Shown: piece after piece, positions 25,191 through 39,959 of the stretch | Layout of the letters: each line of letters opens with the position of its first letter | How positions within the stretch are numbered: position 1 is the stretch's first letter | Source: Dicyema japonicum | Lineage: Eukaryota > Animalia > Dicyemida | Assembly (NCBI GenBank): GCA_011109175.1 | Contig: RDEW01000002.1 | Location: 352,831-416,830 of the forward strand | DNA length: 64,000 bases | Direction of reading: 5' to 3' | The notes under the pieces: generated by a model | Seen by the model: the letters and a program-made list of their open reading frames with translations, nothing else | Database searches by the model: none | Told to the model about the DNA's origin: nothing | Position numbers and translations under genes: made by a program

Positions 25191-28100
25191 CGTTACGTTT
25201 ACTTCCCCTTAAAATAATTAGCTAATAATAACTTAAATTAAGAAAAATATGACTCTGATAATATAAGTGATTCAAAACGGTTGTACTGTTTTTTCGAGAT
25301 TTACTTCTGAAATGAAAAAATTTGATACAAAAACAAAAGTTCATTAAGATAGCTGTCATTGATTAAGTAACCATGAATTTCGCTGTTTTGTTCTTCGACA
25401 AAATTAAGATAACCTTTATTCACTGCCAATCAAGGAATTACAATGTTACATCTGGGGAACATAAATTCGGTAAAATCAACTTTTATTTTTAATTTGATTG
25501 ATTTTATGCTAATTGCTAGTAAAAAAAGTATCTGGTCCACATGCGGAGACAGAACATTGGTTTAATACACAGACAAGTTCAAAAAAATATTGCAAATATG
25601 TGAATACGTTGAATACATGTAGAATATGTTGTAATTGTTGCCATTTATCCTACTGAGACATTTTATCTGTTACTATACTTCTGAATTATGTATGAAATCT
25701 AGCAATCATATACTTTTGACTTATATTCAAAACCAAATGCCTAACATTGTAAAATCGTTTTTTTATTGTGGACCCTGAATCAAAATCAATTAATTTTAAT
25801 CTTTCATTGATAGACAACTAAAGACAGACTGAAAACAAGAACTATACCATTTCCCATTCAATATGAGAATATTATCATTCAAAATGGAATAGTGTCATTC
25901 AATTTAGAACAGTGGCAATCAAAATGGAATATTGTCATTCAAAATGAAACTTTTCAACTTAAATAATTACACGAAAATGAATTAAAAATCATATTCAATC
26001 ACTCTTATTCAAGGATTTTACATTCGAGCATGATTCCTGAAGAAGATTTACTAGAGAGCTGCATTAACTTGATCCATTGCATTTGAACTAAGGATTCATC
26101 TCAATTTGTTCAATCATAAAATCCACATTCTCTCCAATCTCCAGGAGCATCATATACAACCAGGAGCTTTAAATTTTTTTCAAAATTTTTTTTGCTTTTA
26201 AAAATTGATTACATTGAGAATGAAAAGATTAATGAAAATTTTTTAAAAGATTCAGAAAGACTAAATAAAATCAGAAAACATGAGACTTGTGGACAAAAAG
26301 ATACAGCGTTAAATCAATCGGAATTTGGCGTCTCTTGAGTAAGATGGATCCAATGACGCCAACAGAAAGAAGATAAATCTTAATCAAGTTGCCACATGGT
26401 AATTCAGCTTTATTGAGTTTATTTTTTAAATTGGCGACAAAATTCAAGTAATCAAAATGGCCAATTTGCCAGTATTCACTGTAAAAAAATTGTTTATCAC
26501 CTACTTAAGTTCATATCGCCCCCTGAAAGCAATTTCTCATAAACACACAGCTGAAATTTCAAATCGCCCTAAAAAGAACCGATATCACTCACTTTGGTAA
26601 AGCTTGCACAAATTGAAATGATTGTGGATATTTACCCTCTGTTCGATCGCGAAAAAATATATAAAGAGACTGTGTTTGCTGGCTCATTTGATAAATAATT
26701 AGATGTAGCTAAATTAACATAAAAACAATGTGGACGTAAATTTGAATTTTTTGAAAAATTAATTATTTTGTAAAATTTTTTATTATTAATAATTTCCAGA
26801 TGAGTAGTGTATATTTATTTTAATTATTAAATTTTCAATATAAAACCACTTACTAATAAATTAAATTTTACGTTCAATCAATTAATTTATCGTTATTTAA
26901 AATTTAAAAATTTTACAAATATTATGTGTTATGTATTTACGTGTGCTATGATGTAAATCGTACCGCCCCAGTCTGATGATAATGCTGATTGTACATTCTG
27001 AGCACATCATTTGTTAAATTAAAACTTCGAATCCGCGCATTTTTTCAAAATTACATAATTCCGCCGCATTTAAAAATAATTTTTTTCATTTTTTTATTAT
27101 TTTTATTTTTTTAATTCAAAAATACTTCTACACGAGACATTATCAATTCTTGTGTTGTTGGTCCTAATGAAACGTAATTGTACAATATTAAAAAATTCTG
27201 AAAAGCTCCAAATTATAAAATTTATCCGTCGATGGACATCCGATGATCGAGCTGAAGATTGTAAGGTCGCAAATCATGTGAGGAATATTCTATAGAACAA
27301 GGAAGATTAATTCCGAGGAAGTGTCAGGTTAACCTTAAATGTAAAGTTAGCGAACGGCGGCAAAAAAACTAAAAACAACCAACGATCTCTGATTTCAGCA
27401 AATTTTTATTTTGGTGTCTTGTTTATAACATCTGCGGCCTTTATTTATGAAATTAAAAAAATCCACATCCTTAAAATATCCTCTTATTTTAAGGCAATAG
27501 TTATGAAGATGAGCACATGTTACAAAATGTAAATTCGTGTATAAAATCTTCAATACTTGTACGGCAGCTAACATGTATCTGGCTGCATCCGACATCAGTA
27601 ATACAAAATTATGGGATCTATCGCAAAATACAGATCTAAAATAAATGCAAATAAAACCTAAAAAATAGCTTAATTCTGTCAAGCTGCATCTGCCATAAAT
27701 TTTCTACACTTTTTCGACATGGCTAAGTAGAAAGAAGATTATGTCCAATACTCTCAAACAAGTCTCGTAAGCTTTTACTGTTCAGTATATGCAAGGGAAT
27801 ATCGGATTTGACAAAAGCCTTAATTAGTGACTTTATAGACCCATGTGTCGGTAAATGAGACGAGTTTTATGGTATTGACACCTGTAAAATAGTAATAAAA
27901 ATAATAAACCTGCTAATTTGAAATGCTTTTAAGAAAATCTATGTGATTCAATAAAAAATTTGTTTTTTTTGCAGTACAAATATCCCACATAAATTAAAAA
28001 AGAGATTTCCTTGTGAATTGATAGAAAATTCATCAGGATATTTTCAAACACAAGACTTATTCTTTTCAATTACACGCTTGATTGAACGCGGAATCACAGT

Positions 28101-28369
28101 GAATGATGATAATTGATTCACGCTTCTATTTTTTTAAAAAACTCAAAAAAGTAAAAAATAAAAAATAAAAATTAATGAAATTTTTGACTTTTTTGACCTA
28201 AAAATTAAATTTTGACCTTTTTGACATTAAACGAAATTTTGACTTTATAACTTTTGATTAATATAATATTTTTTGATTAAAAATACGTTTTTTCATAAGT
28301 TTTAGACAATTTTAAAGAACATATCAATTTTTAACTTAAATTGACAAAATTGCCCTAGTAATCATATAA

Positions 28370-28800
28370 TTTCCAGACACATTTGAATTTAGTTTCCGAC
28401 TGCATGGTCACAAACTGGATGTCTCCTTCCACATCAAAATCTTCTATAACAATATATACTACAGGACGGAGACAATTCAATCATACTCCTAATATATACC
28501 TTAACAAGGAACTTCTCCAATGATTTCATATCCTAAAATCCTCGGAGTCATGTTTGACACGAATATCCTTCGAACTGTAGCTGGTCAATCGAATGGTCAA
28601 CAAAAAAAGTTTAAAACGCTCTTGTACAAGCAATTCATCAAGATGACACTGAATTATGTCTCCCCAACGTGGGCTCCACGCATATCACCCTCAACTGTCT
28701 CTAACTGGAGAGTAGTTTGGGTCTTCTTTTCCTGCCCTGGATTACCAGGACTCGACGTGAAAGTAATGTAGCTCAGAGAGTATCATGTCTTTTAACGGTA
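28370..28800 (+). pseudogene. LINE RT C-terminal fragment (Vingi-like)
   Basis: PKILGVMFDT...LLYKQFIKMTLNYVSPTWAP resembles the same region of 19263-20858. Confidence 0.65.
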
Positions 28801-29549
28801 GCCAGTTTTCTATGTTAGCGAAACTGTGGTTAATACTTTAATTTATAGCATTTGGATGCCCTAATTTATTGATCGATAAGAAGTGACGTAATTAACAATT
28901 CTCTTTAGGTTTGCTTCTCCCACACTGGCTACTTAGTTAAATATTTCTCTTAGATCCTCCGTTCCTTCTCTTCTTTTTATGAGTGGTATTCTGACATCCA
29001 CTTGTCTCAGATAATGCATAGAGTAGGAGTGCCATAAAAAATTATTCTCGATCAATAGATATTAATTTTTAAGATTAAAAAACGAACTGAAGATCTATCC
29101 CGTCGGATCGGCTCAATGATCCTGAGGGTCACCAAGAATCCATGGGAGACTGGATGGCTTCGAGTGCGTATCTCAATATATATCGTCAGAGGAAAAAGAG
29201 CCGTATTAGCTACCTAATTTTTAATTTCTAAAATCACTTAATAAATTTGAACAAAAGAACAAAAAAATTATGGTGACATTGTTATTATCAAGGCACTTTC
29301 ACGAAAGCTGATACAGGAATGATTGATTTAGGAATATCTGATACAGGAATACAGGAATGATTGATTTAGAAGGAGAAGATGGAAGTGTGATTCAAGAAAA
29401 TAGCAGAGACTTAGCAAAGCTAGAATAATTTTTCAATATAAATTTCTCAATTTTTTCTAATAAAACAGTTATTATTATTTTGATCATTTATAATATCATT
29501 AGAGTTAGGAGTTTTTAAGCTTCAATGGGATCCCGACGATAGAAGATAA

Positions 29550-30200
29550 CTAAATGGAGTGTGGATACATCGGAAGTGTCCAGGCCGCATAGGCGGACAC
29601 GTTTAAATATCCTAAAAATAACTCCTTACTTACTTTGGAATAAACTTTGTTTGGTTGGATGTTGGATGGACCATTATTGCGAATTTCTGCAAGGAAAAGG
29701 AAAGGTGGTTAATTTGTGGTGGAGAACACAATTTGAACTCTTGTTTAGCTAAGAACAGTGAAAGGAAATGCATTAACTGCGGAACAGTTGGTTATTTGGC
29801 TTGTTATGGTGGTTGTTCTTCAGCAAAGGCTGTCTTCGGAGAAAGAACAAAAGACATGACTAAGAAAATGTTTTGACGCCGTTAATTGGGTTAAAGCTGA
29901 GGCTGTTGAAAATGTTCGGGAAAATCTACACACCCCATAAAATGTGACTTTTTGACCAAAATAGACGCGAAAATATCGACCGTGGATACTGCCGAACCTC
30001 TGAGAATACAAACATTGTTACCTATTATTTGTCCGTGTCTTCCGGGTTTTCTGTTGTGATGTCCTCGACCCCGAATCACTGTTCTCCAAGTGCCTGGGAT
30101 TATTTGGGAATGGCGTTAATATCGGAATCTGTTCATCAAATTTGGAACGACCTTTTATGCATGGTGATATTGGTAGTGATCATTAACTAATCCTTTATAA
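29550..30200 (+). pseudogene. I/Jockey-like LINE 5' fragment (ORF1 zinc knuckles and APE end)
   Basis: CGGEHNLNSC...KCINCGTV knuckle-like motifs, followed by HGDIGSDH (APE C-terminal SDH motif). Confidence 0.6.
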
Positions 30201-31789
30201 ACGCAACCTAACTACTTTACTGCTCTAGTACGCTATGAATTGACAAGTATAAACTGGGACTATTACCGAAAAAGCATTGGTTTATATTTATGACGTTTTG
30301 GCCATTTTTGTAATTTCGAGTCTTCCAAGTTTGATCTTGAGAGTTCTTGTGACTCTAATTTTTTTTCTTCAAATCGTACCTCGGAACATATATTCGAATA
30401 AAGTCTATTTGGTTGACAAGAAATCTCCATTGACAATAAAATGTTACAGTTTTTTGAAAAGAAAACAATGTTAAAAACAACTACGTCGATGTCCTGATCC
30501 TCATGACCGTACGCTCAAATAGACAGAAATTATGATAACCAAGAAATACGCAGATTAGAAAAAATTAAAAAGAATAATTTTTGGATAGCTCAGTGCAGCG
30601 ATTTGTATCAAAAAAACAGAATCTATAAAAAAAAATCTATAATAAAGTAACTGGACAAGAAAAAAACAAGTAAATCCAGAAAAGAAATTCCACTGTTGCA
30701 ATGTCATGATGGGTTTTCTGTATTTTTTAGAAAAAATTCCTAACCTGATTAGGGACGAACTCTCGAAAATACATAAGGTTAACCTTGATGAGCGACTGTA
30801 TCGTTTGGCCTTCAGTTCTCTGAAAGAAAAGCTGGAAAAAGTAATTAGTTTTTTTATTTCTACGTCACAGCCCTATAAATGCTGGAGAAGTTGAAAATGC
30901 GATGAAATACACTAAAGAGATTCAAACCGGAGCATCTGAATTCTGTCTGGTACTTATAACACTGCGCCATCCCACAAAAATTCTAAAATATTTGTTATAG
31001 GGTTTTCAAATTTGTTTAATAACTTTTAAAATTTTTTAATAATTTGTCAAAAACATTAATAAGTTTTTCATAAAGTTATTAATAAATGTCTTATAGAATT
31101 ACTCACAAATCCCTCCCAAGTCAATACAATAGGAATAATCTTAACTTTGCCGCTGTATATTTTAGACAACTGACAGCGAAAAGGTCATATTTGTTTAGTT
31201 TTTTCACCTTAACTACCTTCAACATCTCTTGAGAAGTGGATACTAAATGTCTACTTAGATAAATCATACTTATTTATTTCGAACAATGTATAACCGAGAT
31301 ACATTGAAAAATGTCAGACATACTTCTATTGCACAAAATGTCAATTTAGCTAATGATAGATGAACGCTCTATTCTTTTAATAAATTTTATTGTAGAATTT
31401 AAATTTGTTAAAATTTTAAATAATAAAATAATAAGCATAGCGTTTTTGTTTCTTGTGATGGACGAATCTGACGTATTTACTAATGAAGATGATCTCTTTG
31501 AAGACTTTTCTGTTCAAGGTGACTTATTTAACAATATTTCAGATGGGATGATTGCCATGATGACTTTATTGCTATGCATGGAGTTCACAGTGGCATGAGA
31601 ATTTGGATAAAGTGAGTTCTACCAAAATTCAAAGTATACAATTTTATGTGAGTGTAGAAACGAAATTACAAAATTTTTGGCGAATAAGAATAATCAATAA
31701 TTTATAAATATTATTATTTGTAAAAATATTTAAATTAGTTCATTTAATGAATATTTCTCGTCGCTAATGGCATGTAACACTCGTCAATA

Positions 31790-32530
31790 CGATTCTACAC
31801 TCTCTGACTGAATTCTCGATCGAAAGGACGCCAATTATGCTCGTGAGGCCTGTAGTCGTACCTATCAGTTGCCTACGCTTTCCGGTTCTCAATGCTTTAT
31901 GCCTTAATTCTTCTGAAGTTCTGCTAATGTCATCTAACCAACATCGCCGTGCCTGTTTGTTAACAGAAAGATGTGCCTGCCGATGCGGAGACAAGATCGA
32001 CTGTTTTAACCTACATCCTCTCTCCTGCAAGAAAAATGCAGGAAATCCCTTATAAATCTTGCCTTGAAATTTGTCGTTAGGTAGCTTTTGATGTAGTTAG
32101 ACACCCATCATGCTCGAAGAAGTGAGTATATGCAGGCGTGAGGGGAAATTACCAATTGGAATTAACATTTTTTCCTTGATGTCAGAAAAACTCTTTTCTG
32201 AGACCTCACCTGAACCGACACGTTTTTTTTTGCAACTAACTCAGAGTACCCTAAATCCTGTTCTGCCGCTGAGAAGCCCTAGAGATTGAAACGGGCAAAT
32301 TCGCGGTCCTACCTAATGATTTTTGTTTGTTCCACTCGCCGTTAAGACGTCTGGTTCTCTTGCGCTAGCGACACTAGAATTTTTGAGTCGTCCAGGGAAT
32401 CGGAATTCTACACGATCAGGAGATTCCCGTGAGCGCTGTAGGTTAATTGAGCGAGTTTTGCTCGTCATCTAAAGAAGGAATAGCCACGCAGTCAGGGTGG
32501 TCGTAATATGACCATTTGCTTACTTTTTTC
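31790..32530 (+). pseudogene. CRE-clade 3' portion (CCHC finger and RLE)
   Basis: CACRCGDKIDCFNLHPLSCKKNAG, then FVPLAVKTSGSLA...SGDSRE...RRNSHAV. A related 3' end lies at ~46740-46850 (+). Confidence 0.8.
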
Positions 32531-34659
32531 CGTAATAAATTCGTCCATTGTGCTTTATAGATTAATTTAAATTATGGCGATATCGGTGAATTATCAAAAA
32601 TATATTCATTTGTAAATTATCAGAACTTTAATTTATCTGAATGGGGTGATGATGACAAGAGGGTTTGTCAATTTCACGTACATAAATACAATGTTTGGAA
32701 GATAGAGTGAATACTTGAAGAAGTGGTTTTTCTTGACAGCAGGAGGTAGATTTGTTCTTTGACTGTCCGGATGTGAGAAATAGGATCTGGAATTTTGGGG
32801 ATTGTCCAAAAACTAAAACTCGGTCCATAAACACGGACATGAGGATTTTTTTTATTTGAGGATGTTTGTGTGTCTTTAATCGCCAGTGTGGTCGAGAAAA
32901 ATCCGACTGGCTTACAGTCTACTAGATGATTTGCCTACTCCCTTTGACAATTGGTCGAGTGGGATACTTTGTAATAGTCTAAAACAGAGGAGATCCATAG
33001 ATGACGTTGTGGAGAATGCATCATGAAATCGTCCTCAGTCTCTCTAAATTTAATTAAGTCTGACTAATCATTTGAAATAATCACTGTGTTCAATGCTGCA
33101 CGTGTTGTGTAATGATCTCAATATAGTAGAAGTGTTAATTATTGGTTCTAAAAATATAATCAGTCGTCAACTACTCCTTCACGAGACTACTTTTAAATTA
33201 ACTGATAGAACTCTAACAACTGCATCATTCGTTAAGTGGATATGAAAATTTTGAATGTGATGTTCATCTTTTTACGGACAAGTGTCTTTTTATATTTTTG
33301 ATTGGGAAAGAATCAATAAATTCAATATTTAGAACTTTTCGGTGTGCAAATTTAATTTCGAGTTTATCGGTTCGACAAAGAGCTTACTTACCTAATAGAT
33401 TAAGGGATTGGTATAATCTAAAATAGCGATGATAATAATTAGCTTGATTGTGTAATGTCTCTTAAGTGACGATTCAATTATACAGTTACAAATTTGCTTA
33501 TTAGGTGGTACATCCAATTGGTATGCGAGTTGCTAGAAGAGCATTTGGAATAATTCGAGTTCATGAATGAATTTCTTGTTTCTTTACAAAGATACAGAGA
33601 ACCAAGAAAATCTATCCTCTCTGTTTTCTCAAAAAAGAAATTAACTTTAAATTTATCTAGATTATCATTAAAACCGACTTGTATGTTGTTCTGCTGATTT
33701 TTCATTTTTCTTAAATAAAAAAATAATTATTTAAGTTTATAATTAATAATTATGAATAATTAGAAAAGTGTTAGAGATAGACTTGGGGTTATATTTAGGG
33801 ATTGAGTTATGAAAGAATGTAGTCCCATATTATTTTGCTAGAGGCAAATAAAAGAAAGTTATCCCGTCATCGCTTTTTAACATCATTTTCTTTGTTAGAA
33901 TTCAATACGTTTTCGCAGAATACGATTTTTTGAATGACACATCTGCATTTTCTAATTTTTAACTTATTATCAATCCATATATGGATTATGAAAATCATGT
34001 CATTGATTTTCCAATATTTTCTATTATACTGCTTTGATTTACCGCAAAGCCCATTCCATAATTTTTTTAGTCCGATCTCACAAACAGAAATCAGTATTCC
34101 CCATAGTGTCCTTCAAGTTCATTAGTTTCATAAAGGCATTCAACACTCACTCCGTAGTGCTGTAGGTTTTGTCAAACTGAATTTTCCGTATCTTAGAATT
34201 GATTCCTCTTACATTGAAAGTCATTGAACTTAAATTCTTTGTGTAATCAATATAAAATTATCATAAGGCATAATTTTTTTCTTTTTTTTGCTAATTCCTG
34301 TAGAGTAATATTCTATTTGTTATTTTTATTGCTGGTGATATGTGGTTACTTGGAAGATATATGTTTGTTTTCTTTTCCATTTCTTTATATTTTAATAGTG
34401 AGGTCATGTGATGCATCTGTTTTAATTATCAGCAAGGGCCAGGGTGACACGCAAAAGTATCATTTGCTTTCCTTCAATGCAATTAACAGTCATTTTCACA
34501 TACAAAATAGATGTCGTCGGCACATTTATATGAAATATTTCTTTATTAGTGAATATGCTAGAAGACATCAGCTTTTTTGCCTGATACTCATTTCTTAGTG
34601 CCAGTAATTTTTTTTACCCCCAGGATCACTGGGTCAAAGAGAAAGAAATAAAAGTTCTC

Positions 34660-35627
34660 ATCTAACTAAGTGATCCCAGACCGACAAAGGTGAGGACGAG
34701 TCCGGCGGGTTTGAGAATCCTGAACAGATCTTCTCATTGGACATGGCATCTGCTCAAAATTCCTGTATGATTGTAAATAATCCGATAGTATATGGAATAG
34801 GGGACATCTCGGTAGAATATCTTTCTTTAATAGTTTCCGTTGTAGTTCGATTAGAAAGTTTTCAATGGGTTGGATATTGTGTTCTGGTCTAATTAACTTT
34901 ATTGCAGTTTCCTCGATTGCGGATAATTTCAATGAGAATGATCGTGACATTTGTATTGCCCATGAAGTACTTACATACGTCATCGGTGGTCGGATAAATT
35001 GTTTGTAAATCGTTGCAAGGACACCAGTTTGGTCTCTAAGTGTTTGAGAGCATTGTCAGCCACAGTGGGTGATTCGCATTGAAGTCAGCACAGATAATCA
35101 CATCTTTTAGTGATGCAAGAGGAGTGAGTATGGGGGCACTTGACTAGCAGGAACTTAGTGGTGGGAGATATGCGTTGACAATTATTATTGATAGTCATGG
35201 GAATCGTACTTTGGTAACCAAGAGTTCGAGATTTTCAAATCCTTTAAGCATAGTGTAAGCATTGTTTGTTAAGTCCTCAAACGGAATGCCGTTGCGGATA
35301 ACTTGACAAGACCCCCACCAAGTTTGCCAATTCTGTCACGGCGAATTACTATGAATCCCAGAAATACTGGTGTTGAATTCTTTGGAAAAAGTTTAGACTC
35401 TTGAATTAGCAACAGATCAATGTGATTTTCTTTCACAAATGTCCCAAGTTCGAGTATTTTGTTCATGATTCCATTTATGTATAGTTGGACTATTCTGGCT
35501 GGTCCATGGTTTGCCTCAACGTCTCCGCAGCGGCGCAGGACTTCCTTATTGGCCCACTCGTAAAGATATGGGAAAGTGTGGTTCTTTTTTAAATGCCACC
35601 ACGTCGTCGGCGAGCCACATGACAATT
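34660..35627 (-). mobile_element. ~1-kb internally deleted Vingi-like element
   Basis: 5' leader remnant, then LRRCGDVEANHGP and APE (LLLIQESKL...RRDRIGKLGGGLV). It jumps to the C-terminus, ending CRSGIT* at GGGATCACTTAGTTAG. Confidence 0.85.
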
Positions 35628-36449
35628 TTTTAGTAGTAATTATAATAATGCATTAATTTGTTTTAAAATATTTAATGTCATCTACTTGGATTAGTTTTAA
35701 AAATGTGGATCTTTGTGATAATTTTAAATGAAGATGACATTTCTTCTCAGAGTAACCTCAATCAAGTCGAGGTCGAAAATATGACAATTATGACCTCCTT
35801 GTGGAAGAACTCTCTCTTCTCTACGATTTTCACTTAAAGATTATCCCGCTGTTATGGTTTGCGATTAAGTTGTCTCGTAATGCTTCAAGAATTATTTAGA
35901 TTCACTATCCATTGAAGGAGCAAGGAGGACTTTATACAATCAGTTTGTGTTAAAAGGACTCTCGAAAGCATGCTAATTTAAACAATTTTTACTAATTGTG
36001 TGATAAATAATTATTTTTTGTCTTTTATTTTATTTTTTCTTTAACATTCGCTATCTCGTCTCACCTGATTAATTACTATCTTTTTCGGTGTTTCCTGGCA
36101 TTATATAAACATATTCGCTATAATGCTAGATGATGCCATACATCCGGTTTAAGACTGTTTAATAGTACTCCCGTTAAAATTAACGTGCCATCATGAAATC
36201 GACTGTTCTATGTTTGCATAGTTTCAGTAGTAAACAGCAGTTAGACAATTTTATAGCTGTTTGTTCTTCGTAGAATGAATAGCAGGAACAGCTGCATAAG
36301 TCATCTATTTTCTTCCATCATGTAAAAACCACCATCTGGTTTATTCAGAAATACTACATGCATTTTTTCTAGAGTATACGAGCACTCACTAGTACTTTTA
36401 AACGATTAATTCTTGATGTCAAATTTTAAGGTTTCTTTATACCATTTTC

Positions 36450-37400
36450 CAATTTTTTATTAAAAAAGTAAAATTTTAATTATAAATTTGCCATTCTGTA
36501 GTAAGTGGGTTATAAGTTAAAATTTTTAAAATCACACAATATCTAAAGCTTTCTCTTTTAATTTTCCTGACCAATTCAGTTCGATCAATGTCAATGTCCC
36601 GAGCTACGTTGCATGAAGTGAGTCTATCCTAAGTTCTTCAGCCTCGGACATCGCCCAAGTTGACGAAATTTTCAATAAACTGGATTAACAAAGGGGATTT
36701 ATAGCTTTAGTGGAAATGATATATCGATATTGTCTATAGTTTTTTGATTTTGTTTAACGCAGCAGTTGCAAGGATCTACCTTCGAAAAATTTTTTCAATG
36801 CCTCTAATTAAGCTTTCAAACATGTTTGTATTCCTAACTCATTCTTTTTTTTCATTTTTCTGATATCGAATCTTTCCTTTGGAAAAATTATTCGTTAAAA
36901 ACCATTTATCAAATTCATCAGGAGAAATTGTCTAACCCTCTGTATCAAGTCGACGTCTTCAGCATAAATGGACTCAGCTATGTCAACTTCAGAAAAATTT
37001 CGAAGATCACGTAATGCATCTTTCTTGTAAATAAAAAACACAAAAGGAGGAAGGGAGTCCCTTTGAGGAGTAAAACATTATGAAAACATTCTCTTAAAGT
37101 AATTCTGCCAATTCGAACTCGTAGCTTTATGTTGGATATAAGGACTCGTATCAGGAATCCCTCCGTCGCTTTCGGCTTCTTTCAAAGATGAACTTCGACA
37201 AACAGTATCGAATTCCATCAGCAAGTCAGTGCAAAGGATTTTAGTCGCGTATCGTTTTCTTTGGTTTAAAATGCAACACCATTTGTGGCATCAGAATATA
37301 TGTGTCTTTGATCTCCCTGGCTTGAATACAAAATAACTGTTGCACAAGTCGGAAAAAGAAGAAAACATACCAAAGAAAGTGTTTTCACAATGTTCGATAT
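36450..37400 (-). pseudogene. RTE-like LINE RT/3' fragment, copy 1
   Basis: IYAEDVD in the YADD position. Alignable along its length to 55060-55980. Confidence 0.65.
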
Positions 37401-38082
37401 AATTAAAATTACTTAAGTAGTCAAAAACTCACTAAAGTTCTACAATGCTTTCATTGTTCATAACTAGCAGGAAGATGCTCAGAATTGAATTTGATTCATT
37501 CTACAAATTGAAAACCATCGAAAATATTTCTCGAACTTGGTGAAATTCTTTAAACATGGATTACGTTATTTAGACTCTATTCTTTCATAACCACGTAATG
37601 GATACTTTTACGTGAAAAATTAATTGAAAATATCATATTTGGCCAAAAATCAGCCATTTTCACGAGGACCTAATATGAAAATTTGATCAGAATAACAAAT
37701 AAATTCTTAAATTAATAAAAAGTAAACATTATTTTAAAAGCCGAGGGTAAAACCAAACTAGCTAATTGATCCTGACTCGTTCCAGCGATTCTAAATGTCG
37801 TCTCGAAAATTTATCCGTCGATGGACATCCGACGATTGAGATGAAGATTGCAAGTTCGCAAATCGTGTGAGGAGTATTCTATAGACAAGGAAGATTAATT
37901 CCGAGGAAGGGTCAGGACAACTTCATCTTGCATGTTAAATGTAAAGTTAGCGAACGGCGGCAAAAAAACTAAAAACAGCCAACGATCTCGATGAATTAAA
38001 TAACTTGATGAAAAAAAGAGTCCTTGTATGGGAATAGTACTAAGGGTGCACATGGGAACCTTAATTGTTTTTTGTGTTCTCT

Positions 38083-38945
38083 ACAGTGCCAATAATATAA
38101 AGTCTACCAATCAATAATTGACAATGTAAATCAAAAACGACATATGTCAATCATTAACGACATTTTGTCAATCAATTCTATTCTGGTTCAGAATAAAAAC
38201 GAATTTTTTAGTATTTAGTCGAATTTCAACCCTAATGACCGCATCAAATAACCAGGAAAATGAAAGAAACAATATCCAGGAAGGCGTAAAATCTCAAATG
38301 AAGTCAGAGAATTCTTTATTAACAACGCTAAGAATTATTTTGGCAATACTGAGATCTCCCGAATTATAGATCTTCCTCGTACAATTGTAGCGGAGGATAC
38401 GAGATATTTGTAAGTGCAAGCACCATCACTGAAAATTCTCAACATTGTTTCTGGGAGGATAATCTGTAAAAGCACCATTGAGACAAAATTGGAATATGGG
38501 ACAAATTTCCAAGAAATTTTATTTGACGTTGGTTATAGCCAAATAATCTTTATAGACGAAGTAGGTTACAATGTTTCCCAGCGTGTCCGCTTTGGAAGAC
38601 CTGAAAGAGATTTTTCTGCGCGTATTAGTGTGCCACACGTACGTAGTAGAAATATTTCAGTAATGGATGCAATGACTGTACATGGTATGGTCTATCATTC
38701 TATTGTTGATGGTGCAGGTAAGAGGAAATCTTTAGAAATCTCTTGATTCGACTTATGGGAGTTTGTGAAACTAAAAAAATTTCGGATCCTTACTTTGTCA
38801 TTAACAATTCTAGGATTCACCATTACAATAGATTCACTAAGTAATCCAATCCACAACCTCAAGATATTATATTTTGCTCTATACTTACCATTCCTTAATC
38901 CAACTGAAAGTTTGTTATCAAAATGGATAGTTCTGTGAAGTATCT
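38083..38945 (+). pseudogene. Tc1/IS630-like transposase remnant
   Basis: IIFIDEVGYN (first D), ISVMDAMT..G, a later NNSRIHH-like motif and PFLNPTE. A TA-CAGTG end-like motif is at 38083. The right TIR was not found. Confidence 0.75.
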
Positions 38946-39169
38946 CATCTTCTTACGAATTGATTATTCCAGAAAACTGTGGAGGACACTTCAGAAGGAT
39001 GAAAAGATACACTATGAGTGCAGTTAATGGTGAAATTATCAATGAACAATTTTTTGTGTTTAACTAATATTATTTTAAAATTTTCTGTCCTAATTGTTTG
39101 ACGAAGTGTCGTTGTTAATTGCTTATTGTCGTGAAAATGAAAATGAATTAAACAACAGGTTATAGAATA

Positions 39170-39700
39170 AGTATCTATCAGTCCGCCGGTTGGCCTGGAC
39201 TGTTCATCCGGGTACCCCTTTTCCTTGCTAACCATCCATTTGCTGGTCTAGGCAGTTACACATCCTAATTTCATCTCCAGAACGTTGTAGATACAAAGGC
39301 AGTACGCCCATTTCCAGTTAATTCTCCCTTTGTAGGTCCTTTCCCCAGTATATTCTTCCACAGTCGTCCCAAACCGTCCTGTTGAGACCGATGATGTGGT
39401 TAACAAAGTCTCGTGTAGATCCCAAGTCGAATGTAGGGAATAATTGATGTGGATACCCCCTGTAGGTCCCAACTCCAGTATTTACTTCCACAGTAGTCCC
39501 AGGTCCTGTAGGGATCAATGCTCTGGGTAACAAAGTCCCGTGTAGATCCGGATACGAATGTGGGGATCAATTGGTGTGGATACTTGGTCCAACTTGGAAA
39601 ATATCTGGAGATTTTGACCTTTTGGCCACTGCGTCACCAAAATGTTCCTTCGTTTTGTAGAATATGTTCAATCGGCCCGTAATATGTTTCTCCACCTTGT
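39170..39700 (-). repeat. Unclassified dispersed repeat with an internal ~120-bp duplication; homologue at ~50530-50930 (+)
   Basis: Shared blocks such as GTGGAAGAA(T/C)ATACTGGGGAAAGGACCTAC and GATGAACAGTCCAG..AACCGGCGGACTGA. Confidence 0.8.
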
Positions 39701-39959
39701 AATATGTCACAGGCGCTACGCGTTACCGAGCACTACGCGTTACACTAGTGGAATTAGAAAAAAAAATCAAAAAAATTTTTTTGATTTAATTTAGTAAATT
39801 AATATATATAATTTGACCAAACTATTGCTAAAAGTAAGAACTTTTTATGAATTTTTAGAATTTCTTACAATTATAATTGATAAGAACTTTCTTTAAATAT
39901 AAGTATATAAATAACAAAAATAATTTTGTTAACAAATTATTTTTTACTATATGTAAAAC

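Noticed and set aside
25870-25950. ~19-bp repeats (GTCATTCAAAATGGAATA) as a CRISPR array
   Set aside because: The context is eukaryotic, there are no unique spacers and no cas genes. It is a short degenerate minisatellite.
27217-27390. Dispersed repeats (27217-27390 with 37807-37990; 27800-27915 with 42165-42280)
   Set aside because: The duplications are real, but no termini, ORF or structure allowed a classification.
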